A stretch of 63,729 nt of DNA, filler included, from Atractiella rhizophila (GCA_021432655.1; 8 parts of 7 records of this genome joined end to end with filler, not necessarily neighbours in it), one strand, 5' to 3'. Positions 1 to 14,385 are shown, counted from the first letter of the whole stretch. Notes: generated by a model not told the origin, from the sequence alone. Numbers and translations are program-made.

Positions 1-3000
1 TTATGGTAGATATTTACCCTCGCCGCATCGAAAGTCGAGGTAATTCCATGCGAACAAAAACACAATTCTGCTTCAACTGCTTCACTACAGGAAACTGCTT
101 TATCGGCCAGCGCTGACGAGAGCTAGTCGACCCTCTTGGTGTTATCCACCAATTTGGCGATTTCATTCCACTTTTCCCCAATACCTACAATTCCGGCCTT
201 GAGATCCGCTTCGTACTGTCGTTTCTGGACTGGTGCAGGGGAGGCGAAAGCTCCTGCAACAAGGAGGGAAATGGAGAAGAAAGATTTGGTGAGCATGATA
301 ACTTGAACAGCGGATATTGTCGAGGGATCGAAGAAGAGAGTGTCAAATACGGTACGGGTAAATAGAATGGATCCAAGGATAAAATCGAGATAGCGAGTTT
401 TATATCTCTAGCGGGACTGACAACTCATCAGCGTCCATTTCTCCCTCTGCCAGTGTTTAACGGTCCCCCTTTATTCATCGTCAACCATTATGACGTGCCA
501 AATGGCGGAGGGATGTCAATTCACAGCAGGGGAAAGACAAAAGTCCGTCGACAATCATCTGGTTTGCTGAGTGCTTGAAACGAGCTAAGGATCGCGGTGA
601 TGGTACTTATTATGTACTGTCGCGTGCTCCATGTCTAGACACCTAGCTCTCAAAAACTACCCACTGGATATGCGGGACATGCGCTCGATTCCATGGACTG
701 TTGAGTTGAGCGCCGTGGTTAGGGATATCGATACCGTAAACAACCTTGACCTTGGAGCACTTTTTTATGAAGAAATGAGATTGCCTGAGTAGACTTTTCC
801 GCCAAACAATCCATAATCCGGATGTCTGAATCAGGCCGGTGCCAGTCTCACTCAGGGCTTAGGGAGTAAATACATTGCCTGCTCATTAAGAGCCAACCAG
901 ACGCTATACGCGCATGATCTACAATTGCGGAATCAGCACTTCGTTGAAAGGAGTCTTGCAGATTGCAGACCACTGGCAATAACAGGTATTCATTGCGAGC
1001 CAGAACGCCAGAAAGATGGACCCAAAGACAAAGCGGTTGCGGAGCAGATTTTTCTGAGCAGTCGATATTCCATTGTCGAGAGATTGCGCTATCGCTATTT
1101 CAAGAGTCGGATTCGTGACCACAGGACATTATGAATGTTCCTTCCATATGCTGCATCCGTTGTAAGTTATGCTCCCTTTCCTGTTTCATCAGGCTCTACT
1201 AGAGTAACAGACTGCTCGTCGCCAAACACCCGTCGGGATGAGCCACCCGAGTCCGGCTGCGGCTAAACTAGTCTGACTGCTCCTCAAATCGTGACGAATG
1301 AGAGATTGCTTTGTGCTTCGATTGATGTTGGGCAGTTCACGCTTACACTCGACACATATCCACCCAATCTTATCATCTTGGCTTAAGATAGCACTATCGG
1401 ACTGTCGAGGGTGCAGAGAACGAACATTGAGATATGAGAGATAAAGCTGGAAGTCCGAACTGAAAGGGAGAAAGGGACACGGAATGGAGTCGATGGATAC
1501 GAGTGGATAGACGATGAGTTTTTCATGAACAACCCTCTTATCAGTTGGGGTCTGTTTATCGGCCAACCATCGGGATCGTCCCTCGAGTTTCACCTCAAGA
1601 CAATGTTCAGATTGTTCAGAGATGGTGAAATTGAACGGTCCACGGCCAGGACGTCCTTGGCCGTTCCCCTGTCAGGTCAGGTCTCGCAGGAAAGCCTGGC
1701 GAATGCTGAAGCTATCAATCCATTCAGTGAGTACGTTGGTGTGATATATTCTCGGAGTTGTCCTCCTCCGGATCAAAGAGCTAGAAGCTTGGGCTTCAGC
1801 CGATATGCTAGTCCAAACAGATTAATTTGCTCCCAAGACTCTATATTCAACCTGTAATTACTGGCATTTGTGGATGAGCTAGACCGTCACGTCCTCTTTG
1901 TGTTCCGAGTCTCCTTGTCTGCTGCGTGTCCTTCTTGGCTTTAATAACAATTCCAAGGGTTGAGCTTCTCTCAAGTTCTTCTTCATTATATTAAGCTGCT
2001 TTGTTACTTCTTATCTGACGATCTGAGGTCCTCCTGTCAACGGGTAATTGGCACCCTGTCTTGGTGTCTCTCCCCGGGTCTACTGCCTTCTTTCCTGCAC
2101 TACCTGCAGACTCTGCAGCATTACGACAAGCAAGCTGCATATGCGACGAAATTGCGAGCTCGCATCGTTCTCTGGTTGATGACGTTGTGCGTCGGATGCG
2201 GCCGCCGAAGGACGANNNNNNNNNNNNNNNNNNNNNNNNNNNNNNNNNNNNNNNNNNNNNNNNNNNNNNNNNNNNNNNNNNNNNNNNNNNNNNNNNNNNN
2301 NNNNNNNNNNNNNNNNNNNNNNNNNNNNNNNNNNNNNNNNNNNNNNNNNNNNNNNNNNNNNNNNNNNNNNNNNNNNNNNNNNNNNNNNNNNNNNNNNNNN
2401 NNNNNNNNNNNNNNNNNNNNNNNNNNNNNNNNNNNNNNNNNNNNNNNNNNNNNNNNNNNNNNNNNNNNNNNNNNNNNNNNNNNNNNNNNNNNNNNNNNNN
2501 NNNNNNNNNNNNNNNNNNNNNNNNNNNNNNNNNNNNNNNNNNNNNNNNNNNNNNNNNNNNNNNNNNNNNNNNNNNNNNNNNNNNNNNNNNNNNNNNNNNN
2601 NNNNNNNNNNNNNNNNNNNNNNNNNNNNNNNNNNNNNNNNNNNNNNNNNNNNNNNNNNNNNNNNNNNNNNNNNNNNNNNNNNNNNNNNNNNNNNNNNNNN
2701 NNNNNNNNNNNNNNNNNNNNNNNNNNNNNNNNNNNNNNNNNNNNNNNNNNNNNNNNNNNNNNNNNNNNNNNNNNNNNNNNNNNNNNNNNNNNNNNNNNNN
2801 NNNNNNNNNNNNNNNNNNNNNNNNNNNNNNNNNNNNNNNNNNNNNNNNNNNNNNNNNNNNNNNNNNNNNNNNNNNNNNNNNNNNNNNNNNNNNNNNNNNN
2901 NNNNNNNNNNNNNNNNNNNNNNNNNNNNNNNNNNNNNNNNNNNNNNNNNNNNNNNNNNNNNNNNNNNNNNNNNNNNNNNNNNNNNNNNNNNNNNNNNNNN

Positions 3001-3824
3001 GGTCATTTGAGAAAGGTGATGAACCATAAAGATAAGAAGAAGGCGAAAAAGGATTTGGATGGATTGAAGAATCGGTTGTGGACTCTGAAGGCGGAGGGAA
3101 CGATATGGGTTCAGAAGGTAAGCACTTGCCTTCTCTCTCTTCTGACGAGCGAATAAGTTGACTCCAACCTCCGCAATATAGTCTGAGCTGCTGTTTGTCT
3201 TCTACCCAACCACGCCTCCAACTGTCTCAGCCGCTTCTACTCCCCCACACGAATCCGACGACGTCTCCAACGCCTGGTGGAACTGTTGTAGAACTGGATT
3301 GAAGGATCATTCCGAGAAGATGACGGAAATCGCGCCTCCACTCGAGCTTGAAGTATGTCCTCTTTCATCACTGTGACTCTGTTGGTTGACTACCTAATGT
3401 CCACTAGGGAGAAACGATAACAGCCGTTCAGGTCCCACTCGACCACATCCTCTCTATAGAATCCTCGACCGACATCCCCGAGGAGTCTCTCTCCCTCAAA
3501 CGGACCCAATCTCTCTCTATGAAACGCACACGTTCGCATTCGGAGAAGGAGAAGTCGGCCAAGGAGGCAAACACGGTCATTGAGCTTTTCGTCGGGTTCG
3601 TCCACCCTCACACTATGAAATATGTCAACCATCACGCTGATCAAATATGCCCTTTTTGATGCAGGGTTCCTCTCCACGTCCAGGCTACTAGAGAATCGGA
3701 AGGAGTCTCGGAAGATTTCGAGGGATATATTTCTTTTCAGTTCAGCGAGGCTTTGATGAACGAAGAAACGGTGGAGCTGTTGCAATTGCTCAATGATAGG
3801 AGGGGCAAAGGAGCAGCGAACTGA
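3001..3824 (+). CDS. Hypothetical protein, 3' exons (5' part lost in the N-gap 2216-3000; probable upstream coding at ~2050-2215)
   Basis: Four exons splice in frame through GT..AG introns (donors near 3118, 3354, 3596): ...GTIWVQK/SELLFVFY.../GETITAV.../VPLHVQ...GKGAAN*. No family recognised. Confidence 0.5.
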
Positions 3825-4227
3825 GGTTGCGTGATCAATACTATTTGGGCATTCGGTGTCAATAAGGGCTTTGTTTCGCGTTCTTACTCTGAAATTCTGA
3901 AATTCAAGTGCCTGTCATATTGGTTGCCAGTGGCTTTAGTTGTAGTGCTGTAGGTGATGCCAGGCAATTCGTCATTCTTCAATTTCTTCTCTTACTCCTT
4001 TCTTCTTTATATTTCAAAAATATCGTCCAGCATCTCTTACTCTTCTTATTCCAAGCAAATCTTCGTTAAAATGCTCGTTATGGAACGCCACCTTTAACGT
4101 GTACTCAAAATACTAACCAATTGCAAGAAAGCAGGATCCTGACTCGTCCAAAGTTTGTTCATCATCGGATGCTTTTCAAGAAGCAGCTTAAAGATATTGC
4201 ACATTTTATTTCTGAGTACATAGACAT

Positions 4228-6447
4228 CTAGCGCGTCGGGCCTAGATCCTCAAGTCAGCACGACAGGATATTGAACTAAGGGAGAAAAACGCACTGTAGT
4301 CGTCTATCTTGAGCAACAACCCAACCGTCTCGGTAGCTAGCTGAATAGCGGAGGTGGTCACTAACAGCGGCTGCAACACATTTTCCTCCAAAATATTGGT
4401 GATCAAACCCTAAAGTTCAGCGAAAAGCGCGTTCAGTTTGTCTCCTGCCGCCTGCAGAGGAAGACGACTAACCTTCCGTACGTTGATTCCAGCCGTCTTC
4501 TCTCCGTTCGAATGGCGGTTTCTAAGTTCGGTGACGATGGCAATCGGGTTCAGGCCTGCGTTCTCTGCTAGAGTGGCGGGGATGATCTCTAACGCATCAG
4601 AGTATGCTTGGAAGCAGTAGGACTCGATGCCTTTTACTGAATGTGCGTGCTGAGAAAGGAGACGCGACATGTGGATTTCAGGCGCGCCACCTCCAGCAAT
4701 CAGAGCACTATTGGTAATTCCTGAGTGTATGAGCTCTTCAAGTGAGGTGGAGAGACGAACCCCTTCTTTACCAGACAACGTACGACGCAAAGAGCATCAT
4801 GGATACTCCTCTCGCTCTCATCAAGGACGAGGCTATTAGCGCCCGAACAAAGGATGGAGCAGGTCTTGCCCCCGTTCTTGATACCTGAAATCCTAGCCAA
4901 CTTCGTTCCATTTTCCTCGGTCTCCTCGAACAGGTCAGCCTCCGCCAGTTTATCCGCGGTAAACTGCTCGATGTCAGCGATAGGTTTACAGCCCAGGGTC
5001 TTGCATAGGAACTCGATTTCGTCCCTTTCAATGTCCTTGACGACGGCGATTTTGAGACGCGAGAGGAAGTTGAGCGAAAGATCGTTGACCGCGTCACGGA
5101 GGATGGACTTTTGGATGAGTAGCACGTTGCAGCCCGCTTTCTTGATGACGGAACAGAGGTTTAGGAGGTATTTACGCTCTTCTTGAATGTGTTTGTCGAT
5201 CTGGCGGTAGTTCGAAATGTGGACTTGGTTGTCCATCTGCACAATGGCACAACATCCGCATCAAAACCTTTGCCATAATACCTTATGGAGGGCAGTGAAA
5301 ACTTACATCTGGTTTAGGAGGACTAAGCTGGAACTGGATTAACCCGATCTTCGCCTTCTGCACCCTTGTAGGTCCACCAGCTGCTGTCACAACATTTTGT
5401 TTCAAACCGAGACCAGTGAGAAGTTGAGTATCTTCGATCGTCCCTCCTACTTTCTTGATAATCCGGATATCGCGCAGATCTACATTTTGGGGATGTACCT
5501 GTGGTGGAGAAGGCTCTTTCGATGTCGGCAACGGTGAAGAAGGGAGAAGTCGAAGGACGGCAGAAACAGCAATCGGAGCGAGGATGTTGGAATACTGTGA
5601 CACAACCTAATCGCCAAAGCATTAGCATCCACCTGTTTAGACGAGCAGAGAGGTGCCGCACTTTCGAGTTCAGACTTGTGGCAGCAGCTTTCACGAGCGC
5701 ATCCTTCTCACTGAGCTTAACCTCAACCTTCAAATCCTCGAGGAACTCCACACACTTCTCTCCCGCCTTCGTGAAAGCTTCAGCGATGAGACTGGGATGT
5801 ATTCCTTTCGCGAGGAGCTTTTCAGCCGCGTGGAGGAGAGAGCCAGCGAGGACAACGACAGATGTTGTTCCATCTCCCGCTTCCACATCTTGTGCGGCAG
5901 AGAGGTCCACGAGCTACCAAGATCTGTGAGCTCACAAGTTCAAATCCAGCAGCAGTAAGAATTACCATCTGTGCAGCTGGATGCATAACGGACATGTGCC
6001 TGACCTCTGATCAGCTTTCGAGCCGGCATGGATGCACAGGACGCACTTGAGAATGGTAGCACCATCGTTGGTCACCACAATTTCTCCATCCTTTTTCTGA
6101 ATCTGTACGTTCCAACTCAATCCCAACTGCAACCTCCTATCGCGTAAGCGAAGAGAAAACGACGTACCATCTTGTCCATGCCTCTTGGACCCAGAGAGGT
6201 TCGAACAGCATCGCTAACAGCTGACGAAACAAAGAGCAATCAGATCTCCAGTCCTTATTTCGACTTAACCAGAATCATTCACCTTTGGCGGCTGTCAAAT
6301 TGGACAATCGAACTTCATTGGGTTTGTCGTGAGTCTACACACCGTTTTAGGTGGATCAGCAAGAAGAGAAAGATGCCGATGTACCTTGAATGGCCGCTGT
6401 GCAGTGGATGTGGACGCTCCCCCTGCAGGTGCTGATGGTGCAGACAT
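4228..6447 (-). CDS. CCT4: T-complex protein 1 subunit delta (CCT/TRiC chaperonin), multi-exon
   Basis: [83 protein letters not shown]-terminus [11 protein letters not shown]. Confidence 0.96.
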
Positions 6448-6838
6448 CTTCGTTTACTGGTCGATTGGCGCGAGGGCGATTTTTCTGAGAGGCCGAAATA
6501 AGGTTCGGAACGCTCCATGCTCTGGTGTTAAGGAGAATAGAAATGTTCATTATCGAGTTTATTATCAGCGTGTTATCAACGCCTTATCATTGGTCCATAT
6601 ACCCAACGAACACATATCATGTTAAAACTCAGAGAACCAAATTTGGACTGTGACTTCAGGTACATCAACTGGTTAGGTGCATTGATCAATCATGGTAGCT
6701 ACAACGAGTGAAAGCAAGTGCAACTTGCGTTGTAATAAGGAGAGTATTCGATACTAGTTGTTAGAGAAACATTATTGACCGCGTGGCACTTTGAATAGAT
6801 AATGTGAGGAATGCTAAAGGATTGATGACTGGAGGCGT

Positions 6839-9206
6839 TTAACATGTGTTGCCATTCTTTCCATCAGCCGCATTAGTAGGAATGAAACCCTTCTCGACGG
6901 CCGCCGTATAGCACCACTTCGTCGACAACAAAGAAATATTAGTTATAGTTCTCTGCGCACTAATGAAAGTGCTTACGCTGGCTCCAACCTCGCATTTGTA
7001 AGTCCAGAAAGTGGAACCTTGAATATCTGCTATCAGCCGCGTCACCCACGAAAAGATTTATTCGGCGCACCAATGCCCTGTTCGGCGACGTAAGCTTGAT
7101 TGGCGAAGAATTTCCTGTAAAAATCCGTGTTGTCCTGAGAGAAGTCTCCGTCGTTGTTCGGGAGCGCAAGGCTGAACTCTCCAATCATTACAGGTTCAGG
7201 ATCCTGAACGACTATGTATCAGTAATAATCTAATCTTCCAAAGAGGAAATGTTCACTTCTTTAACAACCGCCGTGTTGCAAGAGTTGGAGAGAACGTCTG
7301 AAGCACTCCTATGGACCCATCAGAAGCCAGTCCTGATAGAATGAAGCAGTCGGGACACACCCTTGCTCACTGTACGCAAAATACCTAACACCAACCCATC
7401 AGAGATCCATACATCGACACGAGATCTCGAAAGCGAACCTATGCGAATCGAAGATAACGTGGGACAAGCTGGGAAGGAATGTTGAGGAATCGCCGCTACC
7501 CCAGTTCGCAGCCATGTAAACGATATTGAGGCAGTCAGTGTATGATGCCCTTTTGCCGAAAGGCATCGCTCGCTTGTACGGGCTTCCCGTGTTGGAGCAC
7601 TTCACGCCCAGCTTCTCCTCAGTGTCTCTAACGGTGGTGTGAAATGCTGTACCAATGAGATAAGGCTCGATTCCACAAAGTCGAAGTGACACAGGGGAAG
7701 CGTACTAGGGTAATAGGAGGTAATAAGTCCCTTATTTGAGGGAGATCCTGAGCTTTTTGTCCAGGGTTCATCTGCAACCACGTCCCTCTCAGTTATACTT
7801 TCGGACTAGGATAGAAATGAAGTGACATACTGAGGGCTTCAATGGCGAAGACAGCAGCGAAATCTGGATCGTTTACTTTCGAAGTAGTGATGTTCCAAGC
7901 CCAATACTTGGCTCGCCCGAAATTGTCTTCGTTGTAGAACCCAACTTCAGCATCAGAAACGGATTTACCAGCGAATTGCTGATTAGGAGTCGAAACACCC
8001 GGTGCGGCATGGAGATCGATGATGGCGTAGCTATCCAGAAGAAAACTCGATTAATTCTGTTTTCACCTGAAATGAGGAGCACGGACATTCCAGCATCCGC
8101 ACACCATCTCAGCAGCTGTTTTAGATACTTGAAACCTCCCTTAGCATATGGATCGGATGCGTCTCTTGCTCCCTGGGGTTGGAATTTTTTTGTCAGCCTA
8201 AGGCAAACAAGAAAGAGCGGTGTAGAACTGACGTCTACGATCCAATAGCCCACGGGTATGCGCACGGTATTCAGCCCGTAGTTCTTGATCTGTTGAATAT
8301 CCGCTTGTGATATCTACCCGCACCTTCTTCAATGATTCTCAGGGCGAATGAAGAGGGTAAACCTACCCAGTTTGCCCAGTGGTCCTCAAATCCACTATCT
8401 TATCGAATGTTATGTGAGGTCAGCTATGGCTGGAGGGAAAAAAACGGACGCTTGAGCTGAAGGGTTCTTGGTCATACACTCGAACTCGTCATTGTAGCCA
8501 CCGCAGCCCTTGATGGTTACTCAGGTCAGCACTTTGTAATCTCGCAATAGAAACGCAAGCACAATACGGCTCCATTCCCCACCCATCATCCTGTGTTTTC
8601 GATCAATTGTTTGTACATCGCTGAAGCGAAGAACGGTACCAAGGTTCGATGACAAACAACCCGCCTCTGATCATCCAGGTCAATCCATAAACAGCAATAT
8701 GCGGCAAGAGAAGACATACAGGTTAACTCCTCGAATTTTGTCAAATGGAATATTGACTATTATAACGCTCAATAATCGATAGGTCTCTGATTAAGTAGAA
8801 ACTGCAAACCAGTAGCAAAAGGACCGGCGTTATTGCTATTCTTCACCTCAATTGACCATCTGCCGTTGGAGGATTTGCAGACGCCTCCCGAAGGACATGC
8901 TCCAGCGATGTAACTTGCAACAGCAGCAAAATCGTTGGCACAATAAGAGGTGGAATCGATTGCAGAATTGACGAATTGTGCCTTGCAAGAGTTCTGGACG
9001 AAGCTTCGAGTTGCCCCTGCTCCAGTCTCGAACGTAGTGCCGTACACTCCATCGTTCAAAAGAGTGTTGAGCTGGTCGCAATGCCCCGTCCATGGCCCGT
9101 TTCCGGAGGCGTTGCACGTCGTGATGCACTCTGCTCCACATTCATCCGTCACGGCATTTGCGGAGGGAAGCAGGGGGAGAAGGAGGGGGAGGATGACGGC
9201 CAACAT
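6839..9206 (-). CDS. Secreted GH5 glycoside hydrolase (resembles subfamily 15 endo-beta-1,6-glucanases) with an N-terminal Cys-rich domain
   Basis: Signal peptide MLAVILPLLLPLLPSANA; exons give KIRGVNL, GGLFVIEPW, FEDHWANW, YGLNTVRIPVGYWI, IDLHAAPG, FAIEAL-NP region, GSTFWTYK. Confidence 0.88.
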
Positions 9207-10293
9207 AGCGGGTGGTCGTGGCAAACAGAAAGAAAAGAAAATTGATAGAGAACCAGCGATAGAGTAGCTGTTTTATGGCATGAAGTAGGAATCTGAAACG
9301 AAATGTGGCACCGTCCGTATCCAAGCCCCTTCCCGGTCACCGTGTGATGCTGCAGGGAGCTTTTCAGGCTACTACGGAGTCTGCCTGTTCGTCTTGTGAG
9401 GGTGAGCTTCAGGGAAAGCACCATCCCATCAGAAACGCTCGATTGTTTCTTACTCTCCATGAACTTGAATGCCAGCAGTCATTACTGGGAAGACCTACAA
9501 GGCCGAAGAACAAACCAACAAAAAAAAATGCGGAGTTGCGGACTAATGAACATGGCGGAACACGAACATGGGAAGGAACAGTGTAACCAAAATGTAATCC
9601 GGGGTTTCCAGTCGTCATAATCATTTAGCATCGGTGAGAGGTCTGGGTGTGGAAGGAATGATCGAGGCGAGCAACCAGGACGGCTGCGGCTGCTATAATT
9701 TGCTGTAACTCTGCACAGCGAACTGGTAACAACTGACATCACTATCTCTGGTGAATATGTGCAGCACGTGCATTGGCTACGCGAAGGGATGTGCTGTAAC
9801 ATACGCGAGAACGCAGGAACAAAAAAGGACAACTTTGATAAACAGAGGGACGGTGCACCTGAGCTGCCTCTCCGCGGTTCTTCACCTCCCAAGGTTATTT
9901 CTTATCTCAAAACTTGCAGTGCACGGACGACTGAGGTTAATCGCTCAACCTCCAAAGTCATTCGTATGATGTTAAGTAGATCCGCAGGGCTTTCTTTAGT
10001 ATTCAGCACGAAGGAAGCTTTCAAGACCACCAAGGCGAGATGTTAGAATGGGGCAAGTGATGCGACGTCTGATTATAAGTATTAATTAGACACTGCGCCA
10101 TGGCACTTTCTTCCCCTGACTTGAACCTCACTAGAGAGCAGATAGCCTAGTTATTGATGAAAGTAAAGAGCTGCAATAAAATCACCCATTAGGCGGTATG
10201 GCAAGAGTGGCAAACAAAAAAAAATGTCAGCGAATTTTAAATATAAGTAAATAAATATTCCAAGTAAGATTGAAGCCAACAAATGCTCTTAAA

Positions 10294-10945
10294 TTAATTG
10301 CGAGCATGTGAATACGAAGATGAAGGTGCAGTCTCGGAACTGGAAACATTTACAGCCAAAAAATCAGCGTCTGTCCAAGAAGCAAGGATTTTTTCCAGCT
10401 CTGACAGTGTACGCGTGCTATCTCCCTGATGGGAGTCCACTTGAGCGTCAAGAGAGGTCGAAGGAGACGGCGGAATATTAGCAATGATCCACTCATTAGG
10501 GACCCGTCGTTGTCGCAAATAGTTTGTGAGGTTGGATTCAAAGTCATCTTGTAGGGCATGAGTTCACCTTAACGTCCAATATTTGATGTGACTTACGCAG
10601 TCGTTTCTCCAATGCGTCGACTGAGTCGAAGGTTGGCTCCTCCTCAGCTGCAGGCCCTGAGCCGCTTACTGGTTTCTCGAGATAAACGCAATCCGGGCCG
10701 TGGGTTCCCTCGCTTGTACTCGCTAGTCTTAAGCAAGGGGAGCAAGCTGGCTGGAGGCCGTCACACTTGATCTGCAGGATATTTCTGAGAAGGACGCAGG
10801 AGAAATAGGAAAAACAAGCCTTGCGAACTCGACAAGCATAACATGCTTTATTTTTCGGTAGGGTGGAAGGATTGAACTTTCTTTTCCGTTTCTTCCCTTC
10901 CAATTCTGCCTCCAGTTTTTGAGGTTGCATTTGCAGATCTGACAT
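10294..10945 (-). CDS. Short Zn(II)2Cys6 zinc-cluster protein (~190 aa, no obvious middle homology region)
   Basis: ACYACRVRK/IKCDGLQPACSPC...DCVY after removal of intron 10772-10819; basic NLS-like KKRKRK; coiled-coil VDALEKRL. Confidence 0.8.
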
Positions 10946-12279
10946 GACGCGGTGGCTTTTTGAATGAGCGACTTCGCGTCTGAAGCAGGAAAAACAGTCG
11001 GGGGTTATGCGTTATCGCGTACGTGAATCCGGGGCAATTACAGTGCTAACCACAATCATCGGGCGAACATCGTAAAAGAAGCAGTGACAGTGACAGAAAG
11101 AAGACTCGGCATGGGTAAAGATATTTCTATGCTTAGAACACTTGAAATGGATTAATGCCTATACACAATCGCCGTTCAGTTCCCTTAGTTGCACAAAGAG
11201 TACAATATTCTGTGTTCCTGACAAAATGACGCGCGTAAGTGGTTACCAACGGTGTCCACCGAGATTGATGGGAGTCGGCCTTATAACCGGCGGACTTGAT
11301 TGATTTTAGATTGTTACAATCCCATACATTCTCTTCACCCCGACTTTCCATGACCTTCGTACTTCAAGTGTACTGACACGGAGCAGATGAGAGGACAGCG
11401 CACCTTTTGCCTCCCGGGGCTCGGATCTACCTCTCTAGATTACCACATACTATCCTGATTCTTTCAAATTTACAGGAGTTTCCGATCCCTCCAGTCGCTA
11501 GGTCTTTCGGATCTCGTGGGAGAGTTCAAACATTATCCGGCGGCCAGCTCTGCACCCGCGTAAAACGCATTTAGTGCACGGCGAGAGATCTGAGAAGGAG
11601 ACGAGTACGTGGAGGAGAGGTTGTGGCAGAGGTTAGTTGTTGTGATATTGATTGGGATGGATCCGCGAAGGAGGAACGGAGAGGAACATTGGCTACCTAA
11701 ACAAGCGTTGATGTTCCAATACTGTGCGATCTTGGCGACGTCCTGCCAGTCGCGTCCATAAATACACGGCGGGAGGAGTTTGCAACCGTCATAGAGTCAC
11801 GTGCAAATTTTTCCTCAGAAACTCTACGACGCCCGTACTGCAGTACTTCAGTGTCTACTTTATTGCTCGCTCAGTGCCGAGGGAGAACGTGCTGTAACTT
11901 ATATACACAGATAGGGAATTGTGGTGAACTGTCAAATGTTTTGCTTGAGACCGTGAGTCTTCAGACGATTAGAGTGTTCCATGCATGATGGATGTGGTAA
12001 TGACTTGGTTAAGGCTATATACATTAGCTGAATTATAGTATAGAAGCCCAGACGCTGTAATATTTATAGGCGCTGTCCAGATTCTCTAATGTTTGACTAT
12101 GCATTCAAGCGAAAATATAGATTCTTCTGCACCTTCTGATTTCCTCCTTGCGCGCAGCCGCGAACTGGTATTCACAGTTCGAACTACTTGAAGCGAGGAC
12201 AAGGTGCTGCACAACTACTTTCCGACCAGTTGGACCGACCTAGAAACAACAGATCCGATCCAGGTGGGAAGTGAAGGAG

Positions 12280-14101
12280 ATGGCTCAAGGACTACAACGG
12301 ATTCTAGAGTCAATGGAATCCCTTGCCGAAGAAGAGGATGTTTCTGTCCAAAGTATGCCATTTCTCAGCCGGATATTCCGACAACCTCCATTGCCAGCGC
12401 GTACAGACACAAACGTTTCCGTCTCGTCAAGTTCCCGTGCGTTTTCTTCCCAATGTCTAAATGTATTCTCACTCGAGTCTAAGTGTCACGTTATTCCCCA
12501 GATTCGCTAAAAGCTCCTGAGTCCTGGGATGCTGACGCTTTTTTGGAATTTCTTGACCCATCTGCGGCGCATAGGCGGCGTTCATCGTGGACCGAATATG
12601 TAACAGTTTGTTTCAGTTAAAGAAGCACTTACGAATTAGACCATACCAGGATGGCAGCGAGTTTCTCACAGACGGCATCAACTCCAAGGACGCCGCTCTT
12701 CTTCCCCCTCGGTTGCGTTCTCAGGCAGCCATCGTGCACCGGCCCAATCAGAGCTGTCACATTGGGAAACTACCTCACGAACTAATCCTACATACTTTCT
12801 CCTTCTACTTACCGACAATATCCCGAGTCGAGGATATTGACGCAACCGTTTGTCATCAGTTGAACAGTCTGCGCGGAACATGCTCATTATGGGCCATGCT
12901 GGTCATATACATCTTGGAGCGTTACATCCAAAACTTCCCGTCTACTTTCATTCGCCACTTCCTGCGCTCGACCTATCTGCGTAACCTCGCTCACCTCCAC
13001 AATCTGCTGCATTTGCCCCAAAACTCCAAAATTGTCCTTGGAAAGCCACCACCTTCAACGCAGGAGGCATGGAATAGCTATCAAGTCATACTCGCCTCTG
13101 ACCCCGAGCGCGTTGCTCAGATTTCGGTTTATTCCTTGCCTTGGAGGAACTTCGACCTTGCGTCGCTCCTTCAAAACCTAACTTTTGTTTCTCAAACTGC
13201 TACGTCAGACTTAACGCTCCATTTTCACAGTGAGATCGTGGACATGTCTTTGAACCAAATCATCGTGAGCGCCGCCCGTCCGCTTGGACGGTATACCTTT
13301 TGTGGATTGCATTCCACGGAAGGCACTGCGGATGCGCGGACTTTTACGGCCACCCATATGACATCCCTTGGGCTCCTGCAATGCCAGCTATCACAGGAGA
13401 GCTTTCGGAATGTGCGAGGGCTGTTTACATCGAAATTCCAGTTCAGTTCCTTTAATCCGTCTGTAGGGATCGACAACATTATCGATTTCATAGCCAATAT
13501 ACTTGGCCTCGAAGAGCTCTGTCTTGCATTTCAAACTCTTACCGAAGACAGATTACTGCCATACTCCGTGCAACGCCCTTTGGATGGAATTTTCCATCGT
13601 ATCATCCACCTGAGAAGGCTGTATCTCGAGGGACTTCACGAAACTTCAGGTTTTGTTTCTTCCTCAGTTTTAAACTCGATATCGCAAATAACCCCGTCTT
13701 ATTGGGAAGAAATTGTGATACTTTACTGTGACATTCGAGCTCGCGACATAGCACAGTTCCTAGTGTCGCTCTATTTACGCCCAAGAATTAGTAGGGAGCG
13801 CCCAATCCTCCAGTTCAAGACCTTTTTCTGCGATTGTGACTTCATTGACGCAGCCGGTGATTTTCACACATCTTTAAGGAAGAGCTCTGTATCTCATTTC
13901 AAGGCATCCTATGCCCTTCGAAATTCACACCCGCTGCAGTTCGATGATCACGAGCAGGGCGATGTCTACATGTGCAGCGAAGAAGCATTCGACGTCTGGC
14001 TCATTGACCAGGCTGATAGTCACGGCAACGAGTCTTCCCTCCACTTCTGCCAGAATTTCGAGGAATCGAAGGAGAATGAAGGACATCTTTTGTATCTCTA
14101 A
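12280..14101 (+). CDS. F-box-like protein with LRR-like C-terminal region (5' exons approximate)
   Basis: 504-aa ORF containing HIGKLPHELILHTFSF...LRGTCSLW (F-box-like) and Leu-rich repeats such as LEELCL and LRRLYLEG. Confidence 0.65.
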
Positions 14102-14385
14102 CCCAAGTTGACAACGAATACGTCTCGCTGTATTGATTCTGGCCAGGTATCATTAGTTTCTTAGGGATACACTTCCATCCAAATCTAAGGAAGGACGAAG
14201 CAAGGGCAAGATTCACACGTTGTCATAAGCTGGAGGCACAGAACGGAAGCAAATCTCACAATGTTGAGACATGAAGCGTGGCTATCCTCTTGTGGAACGC
14301 CAAGAAGAACTCCTTTCCAAGATTTAGATTAAAAACAATGGCGAAGCAGCTTCCGACCTGCTGTGGTGCAGCAGTCCATCAAGAA

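Noticed and set aside
1960..3156. Long ORFs of 315-398 aa
   Set aside because: Their length comes from reading through N runs.
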